Source: Candidatus Poseidoniales archaeon
GTDB lineage: Archaea > Thermoplasmatota > Poseidoniia > Poseidoniales > Poseidoniaceae
Reading direction: 5' to 3'
DNA length: 64,000 nucleotides
Assembly: GCA_038105035.1 (NCBI GenBank)
Contig: JAYOBT010000003.1
Coordinates: 4,379 to 68,378, forward strand
A model generated the notes under the pieces. That model saw only the letters and a list, made by a program, of their open reading frames with translations. It ran no database searches and was not told where the DNA came from. The position numbers and the translations under genes were made by a program. This document shows positions 29,171 through 39,721 of this stretch, piece by piece (position 1 is the first letter of the stretch; each line of letters starts with the position of its first letter).

Positions 29171-30658
29171 TTATTGCAAATCCCAAACAGGGCCGTCTGC
29201 GGTATCGGTAACTACGACACCAAGGGCGTTGAGTTGATCTCGGATTTCATCTGCGCGAGGCCAATCCTTGTTGGCACGTGCAGTGCTACGTTCACTCAAC
29301 AAGGCTTCGACTTGGTCCGCAATTTCTGCTTTTCGAGGGTCTTCAACCGGTTCTGCAAGAAGGACATCGGGTGAGGGGAGAATACCGAGAATGTTCCCTG
29401 CTGTTTCTTCCAGCCATTCCTTCGCATAGGTTCCAATAGCACGCTTGTCTTCCTCGTCTGTACCTAAGGTCATGAAATATTGGAGTTGCTTGGTTGCTGC
29501 AAGCACTTTCGCAACACCTTCTCGGCTGTTGAAATCATCATCCATGGCTTGTGCAAAGCCTTCAGCAAGACGCTCCAACAAGCCAAGCGATTTCGCTAAC
29601 GGATCTGGACTTGCCATGTCTGGTTCAGGGAGTTGATGCTGCCTGCCACTCGATGACATCCGCAATGCCTTCTCATACACCTGAACAATTCGATCATGAT
29701 TTCGCTGAGCGTCGCTTAGTAGCTGTTCGTTCATATCGATTGGAGAGCGGTAATGCGCATTGACAAGAGCAAGTCGTAAGACGAGTGGATCAACCTTCTG
29801 AATGATGTCACGGATGGTCCAGAAGTTACCGAGCGATTTGCTCATCTTTTCACCATCAATGTTGACGAATCCATTGTGCAACCAATAACCCGCAAGAGGT
29901 GCATGGCCAGTATGGCATTCACTTTGGAAGATCTCGGCCTCATGGTGAGGGAATCGTAGGTCATGCCCCCCTCCATGGATATCAAACGAAGTCCCGAAGT
30001 GGTCAAGGCTCATCGCACTGCATTCAATGTGCCATCCAGGACGCCCTTCACCCCATGGAGAAGGCCATGTTGGTTCGTCTGGTTTTGCCTGTTTCCACAA
30101 TGCGAAATCCTTGTGATCACGCTTTCCGCCACCCGTTTTCTCGACACGACCACCAGCACCTTGCCGCACGGCATCGATGGATTGTCCAGTCAACTGGCCA
30201 TATTTTTCTGGTGCTGATTCGACGTGAAAGTATACGCCGTCATCAGCGATGTAGGCGTGACCTTTCTCGATGAGATCCTCAATAATGTGAATCATTGATT
30301 CGACGTATTCCGTACATCTTGGATAGTGATCAGCTCGAAGAATGTTCAGAGCGTCCATGTCCTCGTAATAGGTCTCGATGTTTCGGTCGACGATCGCCTT
30401 CCAATCCTCACCAGATTCGATTGAACGCTTGATGATTTTATCATCGATATCGGTAAAATTTTGCACATAGTCGACGTCGTATCCAGAGGCCTCAAGCCAT
30501 CGGTGAATGAGATCAAAGGCGATGTAACATCGTGCATGCCCAAGGTGACAATTGTCGTACACCGTCACGCCACAGACATACATCGTGACTCTTCCCGGCG
30601 ATTGAGTCGTGAAATCAACCTTCTCTCGCCGGCGCGTGTCGTGCACTCGTAATGGCAT
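29171..30658 (-). CDS. cysS: Cysteine--tRNA ligase
   Basis: YVCGVTVYD.CHLGHAR, DIDDKII, DFALWK, GRPGWHIECS, HGGG.DL.FPHHE.E and KMSKS. Confidence 0.97.
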   Translation of the reverse strand: MPLRVHDTRRREKVDFTTQSPGRVTMYVCGVTVYDNCHLGHARCYIAFDLIHRWLEASGYDVDYVQNFTDIDDKIIKRSIESGEDWKAIVDRNIETYYEDMDALNILRADHYPRCTEYVESMIHIIEDLIEKGHAYIADDGVYFHVESAPEKYGQLTGQSIDAVRQGAGGRVEKTGGGKRDHKDFALWKQAKPDEPTWPSPWGEGRPGWHIECSAMSLDHFGTSFDIHGGGHDLRFPHHEAEIFQSECHTGHAPLAGYWLHNGFVNIDGEKMSKSLGNFWTIRDIIQKVDPLVLRLALVNAHYRSPIDMNEQLLSDAQRNHDRIVQVYEKALRMSSSGRQHQLPEPDMASPDPLAKSLGLLERLAEGFAQAMDDDFNSREGVAKVLAATKQLQYFMTLGTDEEDKRAIGTYAKEWLEETAGNILGILPSPDVLLAEPVEDPRKAEIADQVEALLSERSTARANKDWPRADEIRDQLNALGVVVTDTADGPVWDLQ

Positions 30659-30732
30659 GTGAACATGCAACCGGTTGCGCCCCTCTCACTTGAAGATTGA
30701 TACGTGGAGGCGTCGAGGAGATACAGAAGACG

Positions 30733-31467
30733 ATGCTGGATTTAACTCGGAAAGAGGGAATCAGGATTGGTTCCTATGTTCTTCGTGACCCGCAATTGGT
30801 CAAGTTAGCATGGTTGGTCCCATTGTGCTCAATTCTCGCAGCCGTCGGCATTCACGTTGCGCTTGGTAACACACGTGATGTTCCTTTCTTCATTTCAGAA
30901 GCGGACTACCCTGGACTTGAGCGGTTCGTGTTTACCAGCGGATTGTTAGCATCAGCCGTGTTTCATTTCTTTCTAACACTTCGACTGTATGCTCTGTTTA
31001 AGAAAAAAGCACGTAGGAGGATATTGCTAACGGCAACAATACTTGGCATTGCGAGTTCGACCCACCTTGCGGTCCTATCGTTCGCCAACATGTACGACCA
31101 CCTCTCCCTTCACGTCTACACCTCATTGGTGGTTTTTCATGGAGGGTTCACGTGGGCTATTCTCGCTCACTTCTCATTACCAGTTCCAAATAGGACTGGA
31201 AGATTGATTCGATTGGTTTCCCTATTCATGGCGTTTGTTTCTCTGACAACGATGACCATCGCCATGAGCAGAGGTATTGAACATCAAAGGCGTACACTTG
31301 ACATCCAGCCAGAAATGATTCCATTGGACGACCTTCAGCCCTGGATTGATGTGGCAGCTCCTGCAGAATTCATTCTTTTCTTTTCACTACTCGGATGCCT
31401 CGCCTCGTTTTCATGGGACATCATCGAGCACGCCGACCAAAACGAGGATTCGACGATCGAGGCTTGA
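30733..31467 (+). CDS. Multi-pass membrane protein, Frag1/DRAM/Sfk1-like
   Basis: About 6 TM helices; PFFISE..YP..ERFVF after TM1; conserved-looking His in LHVY; late TM AAPAEF. Confidence 0.6.
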   Translation: MLDLTRKEGIRIGSYVLRDPQLVKLAWLVPLCSILAAVGIHVALGNTRDVPFFISEADYPGLERFVFTSGLLASAVFHFFLTLRLYALFKKKARRRILLTATILGIASSTHLAVLSFANMYDHLSLHVYTSLVVFHGGFTWAILAHFSLPVPNRTGRLIRLVSLFMAFVSLTTMTIAMSRGIEHQRRTLDIQPEMIPLDDLQPWIDVAAPAEFILFFSLLGCLASFSWDIIEHADQNEDSTIEA

Positions 31468-32352
31468 CAGAGCAACGGTCTGGGGGACAATCCCCTTCCT
31501 ACCGCTCGTTTTCCATACTTTGACGACCATTTCACGATGGGAAAGAAGATGACGGACTGTGCCGATGTATTCACATCCTGTTGTCTCCAAACCCGTAGCC
31601 ATCTCTGGGCCCCAAAGGCCTGCAAACAATCCTGTTTGTGGACGTTGATGCAATTCAGGATGCCCTTTCTCATCGATTCGAACAATACAGTCATACTCGA
31701 TGATTGTTTTTTTCGTCTTCTTTGGACGGGGCAATTCATGCGCACGAGAACGTCCTTGACAGGTTTCTGAAATTGGGCATTGTTCGCAGATCGGATTGCG
31801 TGGCTTACACACAAGAGCACCCAATTCCATCATCGCCTGATTCCAATCACCTGGAGCATCAATGAAGAGATGCTTGTCTGCAAATCGTTGCACATCCTTC
31901 AACGATGGCTCCTCTTGATTGGATTGACGAGCCATCACCCGACGAATGTTTCCGTCAACGCACGCAACGGGTTCCGAGAACGCAATAGAAGCAACAGCAG
32001 CGGCTGTATATGGTCCAATACCAGGGAGTTTCACTAATTCTTCGTATGTATTAGGAAGCACCCCCCCATGCAATTCGACAACTTCGATTGACAATGCATG
32101 CAAACGGCGTGCTCTTGAGTAATATCCAGCACCTTGCCAAAGAAGAAGCACATCGTCAACACTCGATTTAGCCATTGAGGGAAGGGTTGGAAAGCGTTTC
32201 AAAAGACGTTCATGATACTCTATACCACGTTCCATCTGAGTTTGCTGAAGCAGAATCTCAGAGAGGAGAATCGACCATGGTGAAGGCTCCAACCGCCATG
32301 GAAGCGGGCGCTTGTTGCGCCTATACCAAGCAAGCAAGGCCTCTTGATTCAT
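31411..32352 (-). CDS. mutY: A/G-specific adenine glycosylase
   Basis: LPWR, SEILLQQT, WQGAGYYSRAR.L, LPGIGPYTA, VDGNIRRV, NQAMMELGA and 4Fe-4S motif CKPRNPICEQCPISETC. Confidence 0.95.
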   Translation of the reverse strand: MNQEALLAWYRRNKRPLPWRLEPSPWSILLSEILLQQTQMERGIEYHERLLKRFPTLPSMAKSSVDDVLLLWQGAGYYSRARRLHALSIEVVELHGGVLPNTYEELVKLPGIGPYTAAAVASIAFSEPVACVDGNIRRVMARQSNQEEPSLKDVQRFADKHLFIDAPGDWNQAMMELGALVCKPRNPICEQCPISETCQGRSRAHELPRPKKTKKTIIEYDCIVRIDEKGHPELHQRPQTGLFAGLWGPEMATGLETTGCEYIGTVRHLLSHREMVVKVWKTSGRKGIVPQTVALSSLDRRILVLVGVLDDVP

Positions 32353-32369
32353 CTGAAATCATCGCTCGA

Positions 32370-34397
32370 TCAAGCCGCTTTGGCTTCTTCGATCTTGGCA
32401 TCGTTGGCTTTGATTTGTTCCCATACCAATTCTGCAATATCCTTGACGTCCATTTCCGCATCAATGGCAGACAAACCGTCTGTTACCATGGTGGAGCAGA
32501 ACGGACAGCCGACAGCGACGGTATCGGCACCCGTTGAGGCCAATTCCTTGGCCCTGATGATGTTCACTCGATCGTTGCCTTCAGGAACGTGTTCCTCCAT
32601 CCACATTTGGGCGCCGCCAGCACCGCAACAGAAGGAGCCTCGACCACTGCGTTCGGTTTCGATATCAACACCACCAATAGCGTCACGAGGAGCATCGTAT
32701 TCTCCACCGATGCGACCGAGGTAACATGGGTCATGGTAGGTGACGGAACCGTCGTGCTTTGGTTGAGGGAGTTTACCTTCGTTTTGCAAGTGCGAGATCA
32801 ACTGAGAGTGGTGCATAACTTCGATGTCTTCGCCTCCGTAGTCTTTGTATTCCTTACCCAATGTGTGGAAACAGTGTGGACAGGATGCAACGACCTTCTT
32901 GACACCTAATTCGTTGAATGTCTCCAAGTTGGTCTCAGCGAGCATTTGGAACAGATATTCGTTTCCGGCTCGACGTGCTGCATCACCGCTGCATCCTTCC
33001 TGCATGCCGAGAATACCAACATCAAGGCCTGCTTCTTTCATGATGGAGATGGTGTCCCGAGCAACCTTCTTGTTTCGCTCATCGAACGACGCTGCACATC
33101 CTGCGAAGTAGATGTATTCGGCAGGTTCAGCAACCTTCACATCGAGGTCAGCAGCCCAATCACCACGCTCGTGGGATGGCAATCCATACGGGTTTGAATC
33201 CGATTCGAGATTCTCAATGGTCGCCATCAATGGCATAATGGTGTCTTCAACCGATTCATCGAATTCCATTCGCTCCATCATCAGATGTCGGCGAGCATCG
33301 GTCAACTTGGGCACGTGCTCGATATTGACAGGGCAAACATCAACACACGCATGGCAAGTTGTGCAGGCCCAGATGGATTCCTCTCCAAATCGTGCGATGA
33401 TGTCTTCCTCAGGCGTTTCACCAGCAAACAATTGGGACGCATGATCGTTCGCATAATGACGAACATCGTGAACAATCTGCATTGGATTAAGCGCTTTTCC
33501 ACTCGCATAGGCAGGACAGACGTCTTGACAGCGAGCGCAGGAAGTGCATGCCCAACCATCGATGAGACTTCTCCAGGTCAACTGAGTGTAATTTGCTGCA
33601 CCGAAGGATTCCAAATCAAGTTCTTCCAAGGAAACAGCAGAGCCACTTTCATCGGTTGCAAGTGGACGCATCTTTGCCATTGGCTCCGTATCGTAGAATG
33701 CAACATTTGGAAGTGCCATGACCAAGTGCATGTGCTTCGAAAGAGGAATCAGGAACAAGAAGGTACAGATAGCGACCATGTGCGCCCAATAAGCTGCATT
33801 GATGGTTGTCTGGGATGGTGCAAACGTATCCGCAACCCAAGCACCAATCATTTCCCATGTTGGATGTGGATTTTCACCTGCTTCGACGACGTAGGATGTT
33901 GTGCAGATGGTCATAATGAGAAGCAGAATGACATTGCCTTCAAGTTGAGACTTCCCTTTGAGTTTCTCGGGTGTGAACAACACACGTCGGTTGAGTGCGA
34001 GGAAACAACCGATCAATGCGCTCGTGTAACCAAGTTCAACCATGCCGTTCCATATCCCGTTTAATGCGTCGGGAAGAATGTGTTCGCTGAATCGATTGGC
34101 CGTAGCCAAGTCCAGCATGTCCGATGAGAGCATGAGGAAGCCCCAAAACATCAGAACGTGCATGGTTCCTGCCACTTTGTCTTCCAGAACTTTTCGCTGA
34201 CCGAGCCACACTGTCAGCGTCTCTTTGAGTCGCTTCCCCCACGAATCGAATCGCTTGTCGGGAGCGCCAAGGAGAACAAGACGTGTCGCCTTTTGCACCT
34301 GATAGGCAAAGAAGGCGATTGAGATTCCACCCAAAACAAGAAGAAGGTAGTATCCCTTGATTCCCGCGTAGGTTACGTCGAGCGGATGTTCCATCAT
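32370..34397 (-). CDS. Membrane-bound Fe-S oxidoreductase, FadF/HdrD-like
   Basis: N-terminal TM region with SKHMH; CTSCARCQDVCP and CTTCHACVDVCP; CCG-type domains (FAGC, CPHC, YHDPCYLGR, CCGAGG, CPFC). Confidence 0.9.
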   Translation of the reverse strand: MMEHPLDVTYAGIKGYYLLLVLGGISIAFFAYQVQKATRLVLLGAPDKRFDSWGKRLKETLTVWLGQRKVLEDKVAGTMHVLMFWGFLMLSSDMLDLATANRFSEHILPDALNGIWNGMVELGYTSALIGCFLALNRRVLFTPEKLKGKSQLEGNVILLLIMTICTTSYVVEAGENPHPTWEMIGAWVADTFAPSQTTINAAYWAHMVAICTFLFLIPLSKHMHLVMALPNVAFYDTEPMAKMRPLATDESGSAVSLEELDLESFGAANYTQLTWRSLIDGWACTSCARCQDVCPAYASGKALNPMQIVHDVRHYANDHASQLFAGETPEEDIIARFGEESIWACTTCHACVDVCPVNIEHVPKLTDARRHLMMERMEFDESVEDTIMPLMATIENLESDSNPYGLPSHERGDWAADLDVKVAEPAEYIYFAGCAASFDERNKKVARDTISIMKEAGLDVGILGMQEGCSGDAARRAGNEYLFQMLAETNLETFNELGVKKVVASCPHCFHTLGKEYKDYGGEDIEVMHHSQLISHLQNEGKLPQPKHDGSVTYHDPCYLGRIGGEYDAPRDAIGGVDIETERSGRGSFCCGAGGAQMWMEEHVPEGNDRVNIIRAKELASTGADTVAVGCPFCSTMVTDGLSAIDAEMDVKDIAELVWEQIKANDAKIEEAKAA

Positions 34398-34481
34398 GAT
34401 TCAACCCAAGCGCATTCAATCCTTCAACCCAACGATGGAATCAATACCAATCCTAATGGTTGAGATAGGTCTCCAGCGAAC

Positions 34482-35462
34482 ATGGTCAAGGCGAGTGCTC
34501 CCGGGAAGTGCATACTTTTCGGAGAACATGCGGTTGTCTACGGCCAACCAGCGTTAGCCTGCAGCATCAGTCAACGTATGATTATCGAACTCGAAGTGGA
34601 GGAGACATTCGACAAGTGGCGATTGGATGGGCGAACTTTCAACCCCAAGAAACACCCACACATCGATTTCCTTCGAAAGCAATTGCCACCGATCGAAGAT
34701 CAACCAGTTCACATTCGAATACGTGGTTCGATACCCAAAGCCTCCGGTCTTGGTTCCTCTGCTGCATTGTCAGTCGCTTTGTGTGGCGCACTGCAGCAAA
34801 TGCGTGGGGAAGAGGTTGACCCTTTGCAAGCGAGCGAACTGTCACACCGTGCTGAAGCTAGCGCACAAGGTGGACGGGCCAGCCCAATGGACACTGCAAC
34901 CAGTTCTTTTGGAGGATTTGTTGTCCTTTCAGATACTGTTGAAGACGGCCTCGAGTACATCGGTGTGCGAACCATGAACGTTGATGGAACAACGCTGCAA
35001 TGGCACCTGCATACTTTCAATGCCGTCATTCCAGACGACGTTGCTCTTGTCATAGGGAACACAGGCGTTCACGGTTCAACCTCGGCGATGGTAAAGCAGG
35101 TAGCTAGTTTGATCGGGAATAATCCAGGGCGGAGGGTTGAACTCGAAACCATCGGCGCCATTGCCAGAAGAGGTATTCAGGCCTTACGAGACGGTAACAT
35201 GCAAGCGGTTGGTCAAGCCATGACAGAGAATCACATGGTCTTACGTTCACTCGGCGTTTCTTCACCTGAACTCGAACGTTTGATTCGAGCAGCTGCACCT
35301 TCTAGCCTCGGCGTCAAACTCACAGGTGCAGGTGGAGGCGGTTGCATGATTGCTCTGACAACGAATCCTGAAGAAACAGTTGGTGCCATCGAAATGGAAG
35401 GCGGTCGAGCGTTTATCACGCGCTTTAATGAGCCAGGACTTGAAATTGAGCATTTAAGTTAG
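34482..35462 (+). CDS. mvk: Mevalonate kinase
   Basis: APGKCILFGEHAVVYG, IP.ASGLGSSAA, ASPMD and KLTGAGGGG (GHMP kinase motifs). Confidence 0.95.
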   Translation: MVKASAPGKCILFGEHAVVYGQPALACSISQRMIIELEVEETFDKWRLDGRTFNPKKHPHIDFLRKQLPPIEDQPVHIRIRGSIPKASGLGSSAALSVALCGALQQMRGEEVDPLQASELSHRAEASAQGGRASPMDTATSSFGGFVVLSDTVEDGLEYIGVRTMNVDGTTLQWHLHTFNAVIPDDVALVIGNTGVHGSTSAMVKQVASLIGNNPGRRVELETIGAIARRGIQALRDGNMQAVGQAMTENHMVLRSLGVSSPELERLIRAAAPSSLGVKLTGAGGGGCMIALTTNPEETVGAIEMEGGRAFITRFNEPGLEIEHLS

Positions 35463-35504
35463 AAACCGATACTCATAGGTTTCCCCATCAGATGGCGGGC
35501 TCTT

Positions 35505-35516
35505 CCTTTATATATG
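35505..35516 (+). promoter_or_regulatory. Archaeal TATA box of tbp
   Basis: TTTATATA at 35507-35514, about 23-30 nt upstream of ATG 35537, which is the spacing expected for a leaderless or short-leader transcript. Confidence 0.6.
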
Positions 35517-35536
35517 CGGGGAGAAAGCCGCAACTC

Positions 35537-36151
35537 ATGACCACCGATGAAGAGCGCTTGACTGTTGTCAACGTCGTAGCAAGTACCCGCGTAGCCGAAG
35601 AACTCGATCTCCCTGACATCGCAATCCAACTCAATTGCGAGTACGAACCGGAACAATTCCCTGGTGTCGTTTACCGTGTCACGGACCCAAAACTCGCCAT
35701 TCTTATGTTCCGCTCAGGACGTGCAGTTTGCACTGGCGGAAAAGACGAGGACAATATTCACACAGGTATCGACCGAATGATCAAGGATTTGCGAGCTGCA
35801 GGAATCACAACATGGGACCTCAAAGATGTTGAAATCGAAGTCCAAAACATGGTTGCGACCTACGCACTTCACTACCCTGAAGACTACGATGGGAACGACA
35901 AGTTCACTGGTGCTCCACTTGCAGGAGAGCCACGTAAGTTGAACCTGAACAACCTCACCTTCCACTTGCCTTTCGACAAGGTCGAGTATGAGCCAGAACA
36001 ATTCCCTGGTCTTATCTATCGACTCGATTATCCTAAGGTTGTCTGTTTGATTTTCGGCAGCGGTAAAATGGTCATTACCGGTGCACGACACAAGGACGAA
36101 ATCTTGGAAGCAGTTGAAATCATCAAGGACGAACTTGCTGATCTCCTCTGA
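35537..36151 (+). CDS. tbp: TATA-box binding protein
   Basis: Two direct repeats: NVVAS..YEPEQFPGVVYR..FRSGRAVCTG and NMVAT..YEPEQFPGLIYR..FGSGKMVITG. Confidence 0.97.
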   Translation: MTTDEERLTVVNVVASTRVAEELDLPDIAIQLNCEYEPEQFPGVVYRVTDPKLAILMFRSGRAVCTGGKDEDNIHTGIDRMIKDLRAAGITTWDLKDVEIEVQNMVATYALHYPEDYDGNDKFTGAPLAGEPRKLNLNNLTFHLPFDKVEYEPEQFPGLIYRLDYPKVVCLIFGSGKMVITGARHKDEILEAVEIIKDELADLL

Positions 36152-36196
36152 GGCCATCGTCGCACCTTTCATGTGCAAGAAGGTACAAGCGATAGC

Positions 36197-39100
36197 ATGG
36201 GCGGAGTGCTCAAGCCACGTGTCTTGACCTTGCTTGTACTTGGGCTGATGATTGGATTCAGTCAAATCCCATTGGTTGAACATCATATCGAACTTCCAGA
36301 TGATCAAGAAATCCAACGGAGTGGTTCAGATCCAGGTGTAACCGACCTACCCTCTTGGAGAGTTGGCGACAAGTGGATTTATTCTGGAACGTTTGACCCA
36401 TCCATTCTCATCACTGACACAGGCGTATCCGCAAACGTGGGTGAAATCCGTGGAGATGCAACTGCAGAAGTCATCGATATTCTGGAACTTCAATTCGATA
36501 ACGGAACCGAATGGGTCTACAAACTGCGGATGTCTGCTGATTTTGACAAAAGCGGTGTCGAACTTGAAGGGTTTACTGGGAACGCAGAGATTGAATTCAC
36601 ACAAACCGAATATTTGCGAGTGAGCGACTTTGCGACTGTGAAGAACGACCTTGATTTGTACATCAAATTCATTCCGTACGGTATCGGGTCACTGACACAA
36701 ATCCTCGGTGACATCACCATTACCAACGAATACAGCCCTGCTACAGAAGCCTACGATTTCCCACTTCGGTATGGTGAACGATGGACTTCATTGACGACTG
36801 CTTCATCGCAATGGTCTGGACAAAGCGATTACATAACGCCGTTTCCCCCTCCAGAAACAGATACCAACACAACGACATGGGAAGTTACGGATGTTGGACA
36901 ACCTCGGAACGCAATTGGAGCTGGAATCGCTTACAGTGGATGCGATGCATCCTATGAACTGACATCATGGAACTCCGACGGCGTCTCGACAGGTTACCGT
37001 TGGTATTGCCCGGCTGTCAACAATTACGCATGGCGACATGCAGAAGAGGACGTTGGTCTGACCATCGATTTCCGATTGAAACAATACATGCCAGTTGGAG
37101 CAACGGGGGTTGAAAGCAACAGCGACCCAGGTACTCGAGCAACATGTGTTGATGTCGCTCCTGAACGTTCCCTGACAGCGCTTGATTCCCCTCTCGAAGT
37201 ATGGGTCCATCTTAGCCCATCTTGCTATGGAACAATCGACGGAGTTGGTGTTGAGATAGCATACGATGGCACCTCAACCACCGTTAACACGGCTTCAAAC
37301 GGTTCTGCCAGCACGACCATTGACTCGGGCAGCAGCATTGACTATTCAGCAACGAATACGGATTGGTCCAGTCATGGCATCATGGCAAAATCTGGAAGTT
37401 ACGTCGGTGCAGCCACCATCACGCTCGACGAGTATCTTGTTGGGCTGGACTTGATTGCGGATGAGGAGAGAGCCGTCATTATCCGAAATAGGAGTGGCGT
37501 GGTCAGTACTGTGAGTTCCCTTTCGGGTTACAATGTACTCCCGGGTGATGATTTGACCATCGAGGTCGCTGTTGTCAACAAAGGCATCACGACTTCGGCA
37601 GCGACTGATTTACGCATCTATCATCCAGATGGTTCCATCTTTGATCTTGGACTACCACCGCTCTCTACATACGAATCGCATAAGGTGAATTTCACTTGGA
37701 CGGTTCCCGCCGATGCAGCGATTGGAACTTTACCGATTCGTTGGGAATCAGACCCACTACAAGTCAATTCAGCAGATGCGGACGCCGACAACGATCTTGG
37801 AGAAATTGAGTTGTTCATTGGACGCTTACCAACAGCAGTACTCGAACCCATCGAGATCTACACGAACGTCGAGACGATGATCAACGCCTCTGGTAGTTTC
37901 GATGAAGATGGTGGAAATGTTTCCTGCCTGTTCAACGTTCCTTGGTATGACGGTACTCGTACCGCTGCATGGACGAGGGTTGAATCAATCGACTGTATGC
38001 TGAACTGGACATGGACGAACGATGGAGAATACCCCATCGAGGTCACCATAACCGATGAAGAACAAGACCAAGTTGAAGCCATCCTTGATGTTGTTATCTT
38101 GAATCGAGCTCCGAACATCGAAGTCATAAGTGCCCGCAACGAGGTGAAGGTCGAATACCCCGTGACATTGTATGCTTATGCAAACGACACAGACTCCGAG
38201 GACCCATTCCCCGGAATTGTGGATGTGTATTGGCCAAATGCAATCTGTGAAGAGGGGTACTACACCCGTGTTTGCACAACAACCGCTCCAACCGAAGGAT
38301 GGCACACCTTCCAAGCCGTAGGTGTCGACGATGACAGTGCCATGACCATGGCAAGCATCGACATCCGATTTACCAACATCAACCCTCACGGGCTATCCGT
38401 CACCATGACCAATGCGAGTGGGCCTCTGCCTCTCGATGTTCAGCAAACCTGGCATGTTCAAGAAGATCAGGTCGTCAACCTTCGTGGACAAGCGCTCGAT
38501 TCTATCGATGATTTGGATGGCCTGACTCACCGCTGGTGGCCTGATGATGCACAGCCAAATCTCATCAAGACGTTCGATGGACGTGTCTCGGAATTTGAAA
38601 TGATGTGGGAAACATCTGGGCTGCACCGAATGCGACTCGAAGTCAGCGACTCGGAAGGAGCCAGCAGTGGTACGTACGAGCGATGGGTGAGCGTTGCAAA
38701 CGTTCCACCGGTCGTTCAACCATTGCAGGAAGTGCTCCCACTTGCGGAAGGGGAAGAAGTTCGCTTGGTCGGTAATGCAACCGATACAGCCTCCGATTAC
38801 GATACCTTGATTCGATGCTGGGACGTAGATCCTGGTCTCGATTCCAATGACATTGGAGGTGCTGATGATGACTGTGATGTGGTTGGTGATGAGCTGATTT
38901 GGCACTGGAATACGAGCGGAACACACACTGTCATCTATCACGTAACCGATGATGATGGAGTTCGTGTCAGTGAGATTCTCTCTATCGATGTCCTCAACAT
39001 TCCACCCATCGTTCGGACAAAGGACATCGTTTGCAACGCACTCGAATCCTGTCTCCTCGATGCTACTGGAACGATTGACTCGATGAATGACCTCGACCAA

Positions 39101-39697
39101 ATCACAGTTGTTTGGGATCTTGACACATCCATTGACAGCAATGGGGATGGGGTAAAAGACAACGATGCCGACAAAATTGGAAAACAAATAGAGCATGTGT
39201 TTACCCGTCAAGGGTCCTACACAATCCGAGTACTTGCTTGGGATGAGAATCCAGAACGACCCGGAACTCGGGTTATCAATGTTGAAATTGGTGCACCCGA
39301 ACGCACCATCGTTGAGGATTTAGGCGCTGCACTCATTGGAGAAGAGGCAAATCCTGTCGCACAACTCTCCTTGCTCACGTTCATGCTTCTCACGTTGGCT
39401 ATGATGACCAGACGTAGGCGCTCAGGCCGGCAACAACGAGCGATGGAGCGACTCGACCAGCAGCAAAATGCAATTTTCAGCGATGAAGAAGTCGGTCTGA
39501 TGCCACATGAAATTTCTGCCCGTCGCAATCGCCCACAAGATCCTCCTGTTGAGCGGGCGTTTGATTCTGTTGATAGGAATCCTGCATCATTGAATGGACC
39601 TCCAATCCCGGAATCCGGATTGCCTGACGGATGGACAATGGAACAATGGGGATACTATGGTCAACAATGGTTGGACTCACAACTTGACAATGGCTAA
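36197..39697 (+). CDS. Large membrane-anchored PKD/CARDB-domain surface protein (paralog 1)
   Basis: Signal peptide; PSWRVGDKW; CARDB (VVNKG..NDL); PKD-type ASGSFDEDG and VTDDDG repeats; TM; tail GPPIPESGLPDGWTMEQWGYYGQQWL. Confidence 0.85.
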   Translation: MGGVLKPRVLTLLVLGLMIGFSQIPLVEHHIELPDDQEIQRSGSDPGVTDLPSWRVGDKWIYSGTFDPSILITDTGVSANVGEIRGDATAEVIDILELQFDNGTEWVYKLRMSADFDKSGVELEGFTGNAEIEFTQTEYLRVSDFATVKNDLDLYIKFIPYGIGSLTQILGDITITNEYSPATEAYDFPLRYGERWTSLTTASSQWSGQSDYITPFPPPETDTNTTTWEVTDVGQPRNAIGAGIAYSGCDASYELTSWNSDGVSTGYRWYCPAVNNYAWRHAEEDVGLTIDFRLKQYMPVGATGVESNSDPGTRATCVDVAPERSLTALDSPLEVWVHLSPSCYGTIDGVGVEIAYDGTSTTVNTASNGSASTTIDSGSSIDYSATNTDWSSHGIMAKSGSYVGAATITLDEYLVGLDLIADEERAVIIRNRSGVVSTVSSLSGYNVLPGDDLTIEVAVVNKGITTSAATDLRIYHPDGSIFDLGLPPLSTYESHKVNFTWTVPADAAIGTLPIRWESDPLQVNSADADADNDLGEIELFIGRLPTAVLEPIEIYTNVETMINASGSFDEDGGNVSCLFNVPWYDGTRTAAWTRVESIDCMLNWTWTNDGEYPIEVTITDEEQDQVEAILDVVILNRAPNIEVISARNEVKVEYPVTLYAYANDTDSEDPFPGIVDVYWPNAICEEGYYTRVCTTTAPTEGWHTFQAVGVDDDSAMTMASIDIRFTNINPHGLSVTMTNASGPLPLDVQQTWHVQEDQVVNLRGQALDSIDDLDGLTHRWWPDDAQPNLIKTFDGRVSEFEMMWETSGLHRMRLEVSDSEGASSGTYERWVSVANVPPVVQPLQEVLPLAEGEEVRLVGNATDTASDYDTLIRCWDVDPGLDSNDIGGADDDCDVVGDELIWHWNTSGTHTVIYHVTDDDGVRVSEILSIDVLNIPPIVRTKDIVCNALESCLLDATGTIDSMNDLDQITVVWDLDTSIDSNGDGVKDNDADKIGKQIEHVFTRQGSYTIRVLAWDENPERPGTRVINVEIGAPERTIVEDLGAALIGEEANPVAQLSLLTFMLLTLAMMTRRRRSGRQQRAMERLDQQQNAIFSDEEVGLMPHEISARRNRPQDPPVERAFDSVDRNPASLNGPPIPESGLPDGWTMEQWGYYGQQWLDSQLDNG

Positions 39698-39721
39698 GTA
39701 CAAGGAAGCAGACATTCTGGC

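Noticed and set aside
33285..34064. 259-aa + strand ORF
   Set aside because: Lies wholly antisense to the well-supported FadF-like gene and has no recognisable motifs.
38393..39211. 272-aa - strand ORF (and similar ones at 17376-18092 and 35714-36316)
   Set aside because: Antisense shadows of strongly supported genes (PKD protein, ileS, tbp).
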